Shown here in pieces: positions 49,202-59,213 of a stretch of 64,000 bases of DNA; position 1 is the first letter of the stretch; every line of letters starts with the position of its first letter. Source of the stretch: Myxococcota bacterium (GTDB lineage: Bacteria > Myxococcota_A > Polyangia > Nannocystales > Nannocystaceae); NCBI GenBank assembly GCA_039028615.1, contig JBCCHT010000018.1:96001-160000 (forward strand), in the 5' to 3' direction. The position numbers were made by a program, and so were the translations under genes. The notes below the pieces were generated by a model that worked only from the letters and a program-made list of their open reading frames with translations, had not been told where the DNA came from and did no database searches.

Positions 49202-49987
49202 ATGGCGGGGTTGGTGGTGGTCTTGGGGAGTGCATGTCCGACGGAGGACGGCACCGCGGACGCGACGGGCAACGGGTCGGACGGGGGTGGGGGCTCGACC
49301 GTCGCCAGCGAACCGAGCGGCTCGAACACCTCGAGCGACTCGAATACCTCGGGGGTCTCCGATCCTACGGGGGACACGGGCCCGGGCGCGACCAGCCAGG
49401 GCGACAGCCTCGACGACGGCACGGTGACCGGCGACGACTTCACGGGCGCGCTGCCGTGCATGGGCGACTCGGTGGCTCCGCAGGCATCGACCCAGACGGT
49501 GACCCTGACCGTGGTCAACGACACGGCGCAGCCCGTCTTCGTCGCGGGGAAACCATCGGGGTGCACCCCCTTCGACGTGCTGCGCGACGGCCTCTCGCTG
49601 AGCTTCGAGCACAGCTATTTCTGCGGCTGCGAGTGCCCCAACCCCGGCATGGCGGGGCTGCAGGCGGTGGAGCTGCTGCCCGAAGGATCGTTTCAGATCA
49701 CCTGGGATGCGCGGGCGATGGTCACCTTCAATCGGCGCGAGGAGTGCTTCGAGGACGGCTCGTGCTTCGAAGACGAGGACGGCGCGCTGCAGCCGGTAGA
49801 GCCGGGCTCGGTCACCGTGCGTGTGCCCCTGTTCGGAGAGGCCGGCTCCACGTCGCAGGGCGAAGCCCGGCTGCCCTTCCAGGAAGCCTGCTGGTCGCAG
49901 ATGTCCTTCGACGTCGTCTTCGATCTCGGCAAAGACGACGTCGACCTGATGGTCCCGCTCAGCGGCGTGACCATCAACGAGCGGTGA
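49202..49987 (+). CDS. Hypothetical lipoprotein
   Basis: GSAC lipobox, Ser/Thr/Gly linker, CGCEC. Confidence 0.6.
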   Translation: MAGLVVVLGSACPTEDGTADATGNGSDGGGGSTVASEPSGSNTSSDSNTSGVSDPTGDTGPGATSQGDSLDDGTVTGDDFTGALPCMGDSVAPQASTQTVTLTVVNDTAQPVFVAGKPSGCTPFDVLRDGLSLSFEHSYFCGCECPNPGMAGLQAVELLPEGSFQITWDARAMVTFNRREECFEDGSCFEDEDGALQPVEPGSVTVRVPLFGEAGSTSQGEARLPFQEACWSQMSFDVVFDLGKDDVDLMVPLSGVTINER

Positions 49988-49994
49988 GGCGCCG

Positions 49995-51830
49995 CTACTC
50001 GACGGTGACCGACTTGGCCAGGTTTCGCGGCTGGTCGACGTCGGTCCCCTTGAGCACGGCCACGTGATAGGCGAGCAGCTGCAAGGGGATGGTGGCGAGG
50101 ATCGGCTGGAACACCTCGTCGACGTCGGGGAGCAGGATGACGTCGTTGGCGATGTCGGCGATGTGGCTGTCGCCCACCGTGGCCAGCGCGATGATCTTGC
50201 CGCCGCGGGCCCGCACCTCTTCGAGGTTGGACACGACCTTCTCGTAGCCGGGGCCGCTGAGGGCCACGCCGACCACGGGGAGCTCTTCGTCGACCAGCGC
50301 GATGGGGCCGTGCTTCATCTCGCCGCTGGCGTAGCCCTCGGCGTGCACGTACGAGATTTCCTTGAGCTTCAGCGCGCCCTCGAGAGCCACGGGGAAGCCG
50401 AGGCCGCGACCGAGGTAGAGGAAGTCCCGGGCGTTCATGTAGCGGCGCGCGACGACCTGCATGGCCGACAGCTGCCCCAGCACGTTGGCGGCGTGCTCGG
50501 GCACGGCCGAGAGCCCCTCGAGCAGCTCGCGGATGCGCGCCTCGGGCAGGTGACCGCTGCGCTTGCCGAGGTGAATGGCCAGCAGCGTCAGCATGGTGAG
50601 CTGGCTGGTGAACGCCTTGGTCGAGGCCACGCTGATCTCGGGCCCCGCGTGGGTGTAGACCACATGGTGCGCCGCGCGGGCGATGGACGAGCCCACCACG
50701 TTGCAGATGGTGAGGGTGCGAGCGCCGAGGCGTCGGGCCTCTTGTAGCGCGGCCAGGGTGTCGGCCGTCTCGCCCGACTGGGAGATCGCCACGACGAGGT
50801 CGTTGTCGCCGATGATCGGCTCTCGGTAGCGGAACTCGGAGGCCAGATCGACCTCGACCGGGATCCGAGCGAGGCGCTCGATCATGTACTTGCCGGCCAA
50901 GCCCGCGTGCCACGAGGTGCCGCAGGCGACGATGGTCACCTTGTTGAGGTTGCCGACGTCGAGGTCGAGCCCGTCGAGGTTCACGTCGGCTTCGCCCATC
51001 TGGATGCGGCCGGCCAGCGTGTCGCTGATGACCTGGGGCTGCTCGTGGACCTCCTTGAGCATGAAGTGGCGATAGCCCTGGCGCTCGGCCGCGACCGGGC
51101 TCCAGTCGATCCATCGCTCGGGGCGCTCCACCGGCTTGCCCTCGGCGTCGTGCACGGTGATGCCCGTGCGGGTGACCAGGGCGGTGTCGCCATCGTCGAG
51201 GTCGACCACGCGGCGGGTGTGGCTGAGCATGGCCGCGACGTCGGAGCCCACGAAGTTCTCGCCGCCGTCCTCGTCTTCGCCCAGGCCGATCAGCAACGGG
51301 GCGTTGTTGCGGGCGGCCACGATCTCGCCCTGGTGGTCGTCGTGCAGCACGCAGATGGCCCAGGTGCCACGCACGCCTTCGAGGGCTCGGGCCACCGCGG
51401 CTCGCAGATCACCGCCGTGCTTTTGGACCTGCTGCTCGACGAGGTGGGCGAAGATCTCGCTGTCGGTGTCGCTGCCGAAGGTCCGGCCCGACTCGCTGAG
51501 CCGCGCCCGCAGCTCCATGTGGTTTTCGATGATGCCGTTGTGCACCACGGAGACCTTGCCCTGGCGGTGCGGGTGGGCATTTTGCTCGGACGGCGGACCA
51601 TGGGTGGCCCAGCGGGTGTGGCCGATGCCCGTCGTGCCGCCGACCGGCTCACGCTCGAGCAACGAGGCCAGGTGCTTGAGCTTGCCCTCGGCCCGCGCGA
51701 TCCGGGTGGAGCTGCCGTCTTGCACGGCGACGCCCGCCGAGTCGTAGCCCCGATATTCGAGACGCCGCAGGCCCTCCAGCAAAAGGGGAGCCGCTTGTTG
51801 GTGACCGGTATAGCCGACGATTCCGCACAT
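49995..51830 (-). CDS. glmS: Glutamine--fructose-6-phosphate aminotransferase
   Basis: MCGIVG, LEYRGYDSAG, HTRWATHG, PRNLAKSVTVE. Confidence 0.98.
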   Translation of the reverse strand: MCGIVGYTGHQQAAPLLLEGLRRLEYRGYDSAGVAVQDGSSTRIARAEGKLKHLASLLEREPVGGTTGIGHTRWATHGPPSEQNAHPHRQGKVSVVHNGIIENHMELRARLSESGRTFGSDTDSEIFAHLVEQQVQKHGGDLRAAVARALEGVRGTWAICVLHDDHQGEIVAARNNAPLLIGLGEDEDGGENFVGSDVAAMLSHTRRVVDLDDGDTALVTRTGITVHDAEGKPVERPERWIDWSPVAAERQGYRHFMLKEVHEQPQVISDTLAGRIQMGEADVNLDGLDLDVGNLNKVTIVACGTSWHAGLAGKYMIERLARIPVEVDLASEFRYREPIIGDNDLVVAISQSGETADTLAALQEARRLGARTLTICNVVGSSIARAAHHVVYTHAGPEISVASTKAFTSQLTMLTLLAIHLGKRSGHLPEARIRELLEGLSAVPEHAANVLGQLSAMQVVARRYMNARDFLYLGRGLGFPVALEGALKLKEISYVHAEGYASGEMKHGPIALVDEELPVVGVALSGPGYEKVVSNLEEVRARGGKIIALATVGDSHIADIANDVILLPDVDEVFQPILATIPLQLLAYHVAVLKGTDVDQPRNLAKSVTVE

Positions 51831-51963
51831 GAGCTTGGCTGCGCGCCAGCATAGGCCGAAACGCAGCGCGGGCCCAGCCTCCCGAGGAGGTCGGGCCGGT
51901 CCGAGACCGGTCGCCGCACCTCGGGAATCCGAGCCCGCGTTCGCGCGTAGGGGGCAGGTTTGT

Positions 51964-52464
51964 CTACCGCACCGTGATATCGATCTCGTCGATGATCTGA
52001 GGCTCGATGATGCGGTGATCGGCCCCGTGGAGCCGAGCCATGATCACGTGCGGCCCAGGATCGGCCTCCACCACGACTTCGCCCGTGGAGGTGGTGATCG
52101 TGCCGATCGGGTTGCTCATGAAGTCGTCGAGGTACACGTGCACGTGACCTTCGCGCGGGCCGTGGTACGCGTCCCCGTCGGCGAGCGGGTCGTTCCCTGC
52201 CACCAGCGGGGGGTCGAAGTCGAGCTCGAGGTTGTCGTGATCATGATCGTGGTCGTGATCGTGATCGTCGTGGTCACCGCCCGCTTCGCCCGTGAGCGTG
52301 AAGTGCTCGATGGTGAACGTGAGCGTGACGGTGTCGCCCGAGTCGAGCTCGGTCACGTCCGCTTCCGCCATGAGGGTGGGTGCCGGCTCTTCCTCTTCGG
52401 GGGTGTCGCACCCGAAGGCACTGGTCGCGAGAACGACGGCGAACAACGAACTGACAATACGCAT
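51964..52464 (-). CDS. His-rich putative metal-binding lipoprotein
   Basis: AFGC lipobox, DHDDHDHDHDHDHD, GHVHVYLD, HGADH. Confidence 0.7.
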   Translation of the reverse strand: MRIVSSLFAVVLATSAFGCDTPEEEEPAPTLMAEADVTELDSGDTVTLTFTIEHFTLTGEAGGDHDDHDHDHDHDHDNLELDFDPPLVAGNDPLADGDAYHGPREGHVHVYLDDFMSNPIGTITTSTGEVVVEADPGPHVIMARLHGADHRIIEPQIIDEIDITVR

Positions 52465-52618
52465 GGCGGTCCCTATCCTTCCGCTCCCGGCATAGCTCAA
52501 GCGTGAGTCACGCACAAGGCGACGTGCGGTCGCACCCGTTTCACGAGGGTTTGCGATGCCCAACTCAGGACTGTTCATTCAATTGTGTTGGGATGCACAC
52601 GGGCCGTAGCCTGGGAAC

Positions 52619-54556
52619 GTGGCTTCGCTTCGGTTCGCGTTTTTTGGTTTCGCACTCGTACCGCTGTTCATCGCGTCGTGCTTCAACCCTCCCGTTGGCG
52701 GCGGCGGCACCGAGACCGATGACGCAACGACCGGTGGGTGTACGCCGAACGTCGTGCGCGAGTGCACCTGCCCCGACGGCGCGATGGGGCTCGAGACCTG
52801 CGTCGGCGGCATCGACTTCAGCGACTGCCAGTGCGACGCGCTCGCCACCACCACCACCGATGCGACCGCCGACGAGACCGCGGCCCCCGAGTGTCTCAAC
52901 GACGAGGACTGCGCCGATCAGGCATCCGAGTGCGTGGGCGCGACCTGTGACGGGGGTGTGTGCGTCGTGGAAAACCTGGCCGCAGGGACCGCCTGTGGTG
53001 ACTCGGCCGATGGCGAGTGCGACGGCGCCGACACCTGCGATGGACGCGGCGCATGCAGCACCAACGTCGCCGCCGATGGCGTCGAGTGCAGCACCTGCGA
53101 AGGCGACGTGTGCAGCTGCGTCGAAGGGGCGTGCGGGGAGTGCCCCGGGTTCGCAGCGACCAACGAGTTCCTGACCCCGCGCTCGATCGCGGGCTGGGAG
53201 CTCGAGGGCGGCTGGGGGTTGTTCACCGCCGCGCCCGCCACCTTCGCGAGCGCGGCCGTTACCTTTACCGGTCAGGTCTTCGGCACCGACGGCAACCGGG
53301 TCTCGCCCTATCCCGGGGCGCAGCTCGAGGCCTCGCTCGCCCGCACGCGGCCGACCGTGCTGCCGGCCGAGCTCGAGTTCCAGTCATGGCACGTCGACGA
53401 AGGCGGGATCATCGGGCCACAGCCCGCGGCCTTCGATAGCAAGCGGGTCAGCGTCTCCACCGACGGCGGCGAGACCTGGACGGTCCTGGCCGACTGCAGC
53501 GACGGCAGCGAGGTGCCGCCCGCGTTCTGTGGTCCGCGTCTCGACGAACGATCGGCCACCGACTGGGACGCGATCGCGTTGCCCGTGCCGCCCGAGCTCG
53601 TGGGCGAGATGGGCATCGTGGAGTTCGCCTACGACACCCTCGACGAATGCTGCGACGTCGAGCGGGGCTGGTACATCGACTCGCTCAACTTCGCGACCGA
53701 GTGCGACTGCATCTCCGACGCGGCCTGTGCTGCCTACGACAGCGATTGTGGGATCGCCGAGTGCTTCAACACCGGGGCGTGTGCCTTCATGTCCGAGCCG
53801 CAGGGCACCAAGTGCGGCGACGCGACCAGCAGCTGGTGCGACGGCGCGGATACCTGCAACTCGACCGGCCAGTGCCTGACCAACGTGCGGCCGTCCGTCA
53901 CCTCGACCTGTGAGGACTGCGCGTCGGGTTCGTGCACGGTCTGCGAGGCGGGGACCTGTGGCGACTGCAGTGCCACCGTCAACGAGTTCGACGGGCCCTC
54001 GGCCATCGACGGCTGGACCATCACCTCGTTGCAAGACGGTGAGCCCGCGGGGTGGGGCGTGTACCCGGTCGTACCGCGTGCCCAGAACTTCGACCCGATG
54101 ATGATCGACGGCGGCGTGCTGCAAGGGGCGCCCGCGCTCGGCAACGACGGCAACCGCGTGCGCGACTACCCGGGCGCGCACGTCGAAGAGTCGACCATCG
54201 TCTCGCCGGTCGACGTCGTCCCGGAGACCCTGACCTTCGACTCGTGGCACGTCGACGAAGGTGGATCCGGCGGGCAGTTCGACACCAAGATCATCGAGAT
54301 CTCGACGGACGGGGGTGCCGACTGGGAGACGCTGGTCAACTGCACGGCAGAGGCCGACGGCACGCCGTTCTTGTTCTGCCTCCCCGAACCGGTGGGGCGG
54401 GCGATGGACGACTGGGATCCGATCTCGATCGACCTCGGTCCCTGGGCAGGGCAGATGGGGCAGCTGCGCCTGACCTATTCTACGGGGGATTCTTGTTGCG
54501 GCTTCGAGCGAGGTTGGTTCATCGACAACCTCAACTTCGCCGTGCCGTGCGACTGA
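52619..54556 (+). CDS. Cys-rich lipoprotein with an internally duplicated module
   Basis: IASC lipobox; CDGADTC, GNRV, SWHVDEG, STDGG, CC..ERGW.ID.LNFA each occur twice. Confidence 0.75.
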   Translation: MASLRFAFFGFALVPLFIASCFNPPVGGGGTETDDATTGGCTPNVVRECTCPDGAMGLETCVGGIDFSDCQCDALATTTTDATADETAAPECLNDEDCADQASECVGATCDGGVCVVENLAAGTACGDSADGECDGADTCDGRGACSTNVAADGVECSTCEGDVCSCVEGACGECPGFAATNEFLTPRSIAGWELEGGWGLFTAAPATFASAAVTFTGQVFGTDGNRVSPYPGAQLEASLARTRPTVLPAELEFQSWHVDEGGIIGPQPAAFDSKRVSVSTDGGETWTVLADCSDGSEVPPAFCGPRLDERSATDWDAIALPVPPELVGEMGIVEFAYDTLDECCDVERGWYIDSLNFATECDCISDAACAAYDSDCGIAECFNTGACAFMSEPQGTKCGDATSSWCDGADTCNSTGQCLTNVRPSVTSTCEDCASGSCTVCEAGTCGDCSATVNEFDGPSAIDGWTITSLQDGEPAGWGVYPVVPRAQNFDPMMIDGGVLQGAPALGNDGNRVRDYPGAHVEESTIVSPVDVVPETLTFDSWHVDEGGSGGQFDTKIIEISTDGGADWETLVNCTAEADGTPFLFCLPEPVGRAMDDWDPISIDLGPWAGQMGQLRLTYSTGDSCCGFERGWFIDNLNFAVPCD

Positions 54557-54730
54557 CGGCGTCGCGACGGGAGGTGATGCGGCCGGGCCGACGACGACTC
54601 GTTTGGGGGCGAGACGTCTGGGGGCGGGTCAGTCCGAGTCGACGACGACCCGGCCGTTGGGGGCAAGACGTGGGAAAAAACGAGGAGGCGCCGGGTCGGG
54701 TCGACGGCGACCCGGCGAGAGGGTGGGAGG

Positions 54731-55111
54731 CTAGACGGCGGGCTGCGCTGCGGCGGGGTAGGCCGCGTTGGGCTGAGCGGCACCCGACACGATGGACTGC
54801 ATGGCGGCACCGACCTCTTGCTGCGAGGCCTTTTGTCCCTTGTGCACGGTCAGCAGGAAGATCAGCATCGGGATGAGGATGCCGAGCAAGACCAGCGAGA
54901 GCACGAAGACCATCTGCAGGCCCATGCTGGGGAAGGCGCCCTGGATGATGAGCTTGTTCTTGCGGAAGAACACGGTGGCTCCGACCGCGGACGACTTCTC
55001 TGCCACCAGGATGCTCTTGCCACGCATGCTGAACTTGTAGCCGGGCAGCATCGCGGTGAGCGTGGGGATGACGGACTGGGGATCGATGGGCTGGGAGATT
55101 GCGACCTTCAT
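54731..55111 (-). CDS. Hypothetical membrane protein
   Basis: ORF with a hydrophobic C-terminal segment and coding-like codon use. Confidence 0.6.
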   Translation of the reverse strand: MKVAISQPIDPQSVIPTLTAMLPGYKFSMRGKSILVAEKSSAVGATVFFRKNKLIIQGAFPSMGLQMVFVLSLVLLGILIPMLIFLLTVHKGQKASQQEVGAAMQSIVSGAAQPNAAYPAAAQPAV

Positions 55112-55236
55112 TGTTTCTTCGTCCTCGGGGGGCAAGACGAAGCGAAGCGGCCCAGGTTGCACGCTGGCTGCGACAACCAGGGGAAACCGTCGTCAGGGGA
55201 TCGGCGATCGCGGGCTACGGGCGCACCGCGGACATG

Positions 55237-55277
55237 AAAATGGCCGTACATGCCCGAATTCGGGCACGTACGGCCAT
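55237..55277 (-). terminator. Long hairpin after pyrF, likely terminator
   Basis: 38-nt near-perfect palindrome centred on GAATTC; its one mismatch is G-U on the minus strand; followed by TTT. Confidence 0.55.
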
Positions 55278-55300
55278 CAGGGGTCGTGTCGGGAGCGGGC

Positions 55301-56011
55301 CTACAGTGCGGCCGCGATCTCGCCGACGATGGCATCGGCCGCGGCGGCGGGGTCGTCCGCCGTGCGGATGGGTCGGCCCACCACCAGGTGCGTCGCCCCG
55401 TCGGCGATGGCTCGGGCGGGGGTCATCACTCGCTTCTGATCGCCGACGTCGGCCCCCGCGGGACGAATGCCCGGCACCACGCGGAACAGGTTCGGGGCCA
55501 CCTCGACCACGCCCTCGAGCTCTTGCCCGCTGCACACGATGCCCGCACACCCGGCTTCGCGGGCACACGCCGCGCGCTTGACCACCAGCTCGGCCGGCGT
55601 GCGAGTGTGCCCCGCTTCCTCGCAGGCCTTCAGGTCTTGGCTGGTCAGCACGGTGACGGCCAGGATGCCCATCGAGTCGCCCGCCTCTTCCACGCAGGCG
55701 CGCAGGTGATCGACGCCGCTGCCCGCATGCACGGTGATGAAGCGAACCCCGAGGTTCTTCGCGCTGTTGATCGCCCCGCGCATCGTGTTGGGGATGTCGT
55801 GCAGCTTGAGGTCGAGGAAGATCTCGAGCTCGGGGTGGGCCTTTCGGATCTGGCGGACCACGTTGGGTCCCTCGGCGACGAACAGCTGGAGGCCGATCTT
55901 CAGCATGCCGACGTGGCCGGCCAGACGTCCCGCCAAGGCGAGCGCTTCGGCTTCGGTCGAGACATCGAGCGCGGCGATCAATCGTTCCCGGGCGTTCGGC
56001 GAGGAGCTCAT
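55301..56011 (-). CDS. pyrF: Orotidine-5'-phosphate decarboxylase
   Basis: LIAALD, FLDLKLHDIPNT, VTVLTS, PGIRP, VVGRPI. Confidence 0.96.
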   Translation of the reverse strand: MSSSPNARERLIAALDVSTEAEALALAGRLAGHVGMLKIGLQLFVAEGPNVVRQIRKAHPELEIFLDLKLHDIPNTMRGAINSAKNLGVRFITVHAGSGVDHLRACVEEAGDSMGILAVTVLTSQDLKACEEAGHTRTPAELVVKRAACAREAGCAGIVCSGQELEGVVEVAPNLFRVVPGIRPAGADVGDQKRVMTPARAIADGATHLVVGRPIRTADDPAAAADAIVGEIAAAL

Positions 56012-56078
56012 GCCCGGGCTTTTAGCAGGAGTTGGTGCGGTTGCGTGGGATCGACCCGCGGGGCATGCTCGCGTCGAA

Positions 56079-57890
56079 ATGGCGGAACAGCCCCACGGAG
56101 CCGATCCGCTCGACGAAACGATCGGCAGCGACGATCCCGCGGTGACCGATCCCACGCTGGACGCGGGCGAAGCCACTCCCGCTGCAGCCGCCGCGCTCGC
56201 GAGCGCCGAGCCCCCGACGGTGTTGGGTCGCCATCGGCTGGTGCGCAAGCTCGGCGAAGGTGGCATGGGCATCGTGCACCTCGCCCACGACGAGCAGCTC
56301 GATCGCCCCGTCGCGATCAAGCTGCTCCAGCCCGAGGGCGACTCGCGGCGACTGCTGCGAGAGGCCCGCTCGATGGCACGGCTGTCGCACCCGCACATCG
56401 CCGCCGTCTACGACGTGGGCACCACCGACGACGGCCAGGTCTACGTGGCCATGGAGTACGTCGAGGGGCCCACTCTGCGCACGTGGCTGAAGGCGTCGCA
56501 CCCCTGGGCCGAGCGCTACGAGGTCTTGCTGCAGGCGGCACGCGGTCTGGCGGCGGCCCATGCCGCGGGCGTGGTGCATCGCGATTTCAAGCCCGACAAC
56601 GTGATCGTGGGCGATGACGGCCGGGTGCGGGTGCTGGACTTTGGTCTCGCCAAGCTCGCGCCGCGCACGATGAGCACCAACGCCTCGACCACCGAGACTC
56701 AAGCGGGATCGATCGTCGGCACGCCACGCTACATGGCGCCCGAGCAGCTGCGGACGCAGCCCGCGGGGCCGGCCGCCGACCAGTTTGCCCTGTGCGTCAC
56801 CGCGTACGAGATGGCCTACGACGATCGCCCGTTTCTCGGCGAGGTGTTTGCCGATCTCGTGGTCTCCGTGCTGACCCAGCCGCCCCGCGAACCGAAGGGC
56901 ACCCCCGAGGTCCCCGATGCGCTGTGGCCCGTGCTGCTGCGGGGCTTCGCCGTCGATCCCGAGCAGCGGCACTCCGACATGCAAGCGCTGGTCAGTGCGC
57001 TCGAAGCCGTGGCGGGGGCACCCGAGTCGAACGGCTCCGTCACCTCGCGCCCGGCCCTGCGGGACGCCCGGGAAGACGCCCGCAACCGGCTGACCACCGC
57101 CTTTGCCGAGGATCTCATCGACGCCGACGAGATCGACGAACGCCTCGAGCGACTCGAGAACGCCCAAGACCGCGGCAGCGTCGAGGCCTTGGTTCTCGAC
57201 CTCGTGCCCGCGGGGGAGGCCCTCGTGCCGCTGGCGGGCACCGAGCCCTCGGACGCCCTGGCCTTTCGCAAGGCGGTCGAGCCGGCGATCCGCGAAGAGG
57301 AGCAGGCCCTCGCTCTCGCCGTGCCCGAGACCGGTCGCATCGTTGCCGCCTTCTCCGGCTCGCGGCGGGGTGGCAACTGGGTGCCCGCGCGGCTCAACAA
57401 GGTCATCGCCGTGTGCGGGGCGGCCACGCTCGATCTACGCGAGGCCAAGCTGCCCCCCGGGGAGATCGAGATCCGCGTCCGCGTGGTCTTTGGAGGCCTC
57501 GAGATCATCGCCCCGCCCGGAGTCGAGGTGCGGCTCGAGTGCACCTCGCTGTTCGCGGGCGCCGGCCAAGAAGACCCCACCGAGCCGCCCGATCCCAACG
57601 CCACCATCGTGCGGGTGACCGGTGTCGTCATGTTCGGTGGGCTCACCGTCGAAGAGCGTTTTCCCGGCGAGCGAGCTTCGGCCGCGCGCAAGCGTCGGCG
57701 GGCACATCGGCGGGCGCTGACCAAGGCCGCCAAGGCGAAGGCTAAGGCGCTCGGTCCCGCCAAGCACGACTCCGACGACAGCCATCGCCAGCGGCGCAAA
57801 CGCGACGACTCCGACGACAGTCATCGCCAGCGACGCAAACGACACGATTCCGACGACAGCCATCGCAAGCGCAAGAAGAAGCGTCGCTGA
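56079..57890 (+). CDS. Ser/Thr protein kinase with DUF1707-like and LiaF/DUF2154-like C-terminal domains
   Basis: LGEGGMG, VAIK, HRDFKPDN, DFG, GTPRYMAPE; DEIDERL; ATLDLREA..VVFGGLEI. Confidence 0.88.
   Translation: MAEQPHGADPLDETIGSDDPAVTDPTLDAGEATPAAAAALASAEPPTVLGRHRLVRKLGEGGMGIVHLAHDEQLDRPVAIKLLQPEGDSRRLLREARSMARLSHPHIAAVYDVGTTDDGQVYVAMEYVEGPTLRTWLKASHPWAERYEVLLQAARGLAAAHAAGVVHRDFKPDNVIVGDDGRVRVLDFGLAKLAPRTMSTNASTTETQAGSIVGTPRYMAPEQLRTQPAGPAADQFALCVTAYEMAYDDRPFLGEVFADLVVSVLTQPPREPKGTPEVPDALWPVLLRGFAVDPEQRHSDMQALVSALEAVAGAPESNGSVTSRPALRDAREDARNRLTTAFAEDLIDADEIDERLERLENAQDRGSVEALVLDLVPAGEALVPLAGTEPSDALAFRKAVEPAIREEEQALALAVPETGRIVAAFSGSRRGGNWVPARLNKVIAVCGAATLDLREAKLPPGEIEIRVRVVFGGLEIIAPPGVEVRLECTSLFAGAGQEDPTEPPDPNATIVRVTGVVMFGGLTVEERFPGERASAARKRRRAHRRALTKAAKAKAKALGPAKHDSDDSHRQRRKRDDSDDSHRQRRKRHDSDDSHRKRKKKRR
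57765..57869 (+). repeat. 39-bp coding tandem repeat (~2.7 copies)
   Basis: Encodes (H/D)DSDDSHRQRRKR. Confidence 0.85.
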
Positions 57891-57936
57891 GCGGGCCGGG
57901 TTGCCGCCGCGCCGCATGCCGGGCAAGCTGCGCCGC

Positions 57937-59091
57937 ATGAGCGACGCCGATCCCTGGCAAGCGGTCTCCGATGTGCTCGAGCAGGGCATCCGCGACGGCG
58001 TCTTCCCCGGGGCCGTCGCCCTGTGCTGGCACGCGGGCGCCACCCTCTATCACGAGGCCCACGGCTCGCTCGCCAGCCACGAGAGCGCCTCCGTCAAGGA
58101 TCGCCCCGTCGAGCGCGACACCGTCTACGACCTCGGCTCGCTCACCAAGATCCTGTGCACCACCACGCTCTGCGCCCAGCTCGTCTCGCAGGGCAAGCTG
58201 TCGCTCGACGACGACGTGCCCGAGCCGTGGAACGCCGCCTGCCCCGGCGCCACACTGGCCGACCTGCTCGAGCACTGCGCTGGCCTGGCCGCCCACCGCG
58301 AGTACTTCACGCGGGTCGAGCCCTTCGATGACGACAAGGTCCTGCACCACGTCATCAACACGCCCCTCGAGTATCCGCTGCGCGAGCAATCGGTCTATAG
58401 CGACCTCGGCTTCATCATCTTGGGCAAGTGGCTCGAGCGCGTGCTCGACCTGCCGCTCGACGAAGCGTTTGCCGATCGCATCGCCTACCGCCTGGGCCTC
58501 GATGCCGGGGTGATCCCCAAGCTCGGCTTTCGGCGGCAAGTCAGCCGGGCCGCGATGGGGTGGAAGTACGAGCGCTTGGTCGCGCCGACCGAGGTCTACG
58601 AGTCGAGCCTGCATCCCGACGGCGCGCCGTCGTACCTGGAGCTGCGCAAGCCCGATGGCATTGCCCATGGGTCGGTGCACGACGACAACTGCTTCGTCAT
58701 GGGTGGTGTGGCCGGGCACGCGGGGCTCTTTGGTACGGCCGATGCGGTGTTCGAGGTCGCGTGTGCGTGGGCGGAGAATCGGGTGCCCGACGTCAGCTCG
58801 AAGGTCCGCGAGCGGTTCTGGGTGCCGAGCACGGTGCCGGGCTCGACGCGGCGGCTCGGCTTCGATGGGATTCCCGGGGATGGGAGCGGGACCACGGGTT
58901 CCGCGATGTCCGAGCACACGGTCGGGCATACCGGCTTTCCCGGGGTGACGGTGTGGATCGATCCCGCCGCCGACGGTGGTCCGAGGATCGCGATCCTGCT
59001 GACGAATCGCGTGCATCTGGGGCGGTACAACCCGGCCGGGATCCGGGGCGTGCGACAGGCCTTCCACGAAGCCGCCGTCAAGCTGCGATAG
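57937..59091 (+). CDS. Serine hydrolase, beta-lactamase family
   Basis: YDLGSLTK, YSDLGF, VHDDN, GHAGLF, GHTGF. Confidence 0.88.
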   Translation: MSDADPWQAVSDVLEQGIRDGVFPGAVALCWHAGATLYHEAHGSLASHESASVKDRPVERDTVYDLGSLTKILCTTTLCAQLVSQGKLSLDDDVPEPWNAACPGATLADLLEHCAGLAAHREYFTRVEPFDDDKVLHHVINTPLEYPLREQSVYSDLGFIILGKWLERVLDLPLDEAFADRIAYRLGLDAGVIPKLGFRRQVSRAAMGWKYERLVAPTEVYESSLHPDGAPSYLELRKPDGIAHGSVHDDNCFVMGGVAGHAGLFGTADAVFEVACAWAENRVPDVSSKVRERFWVPSTVPGSTRRLGFDGIPGDGSGTTGSAMSEHTVGHTGFPGVTVWIDPAADGGPRIAILLTNRVHLGRYNPAGIRGVRQAFHEAAVKLR

Positions 59092-59213
59092 AGCGCCAGC
59101 GGGGCTTCGTGGGCGCCACCCATCGGTATGCGCGGGGGTCCAGCTCTTGCCCCAACTGAAAAGCGGCCGCGCGGGAGACCCGGGCGACCGCCACCATTCG
59201 CTACGGCTCGATC

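Noticed and set aside
51831..51963. glmS ribozyme
   Set aside because: No AGCGCC...GACGAGG core on the minus strand upstream of glmS
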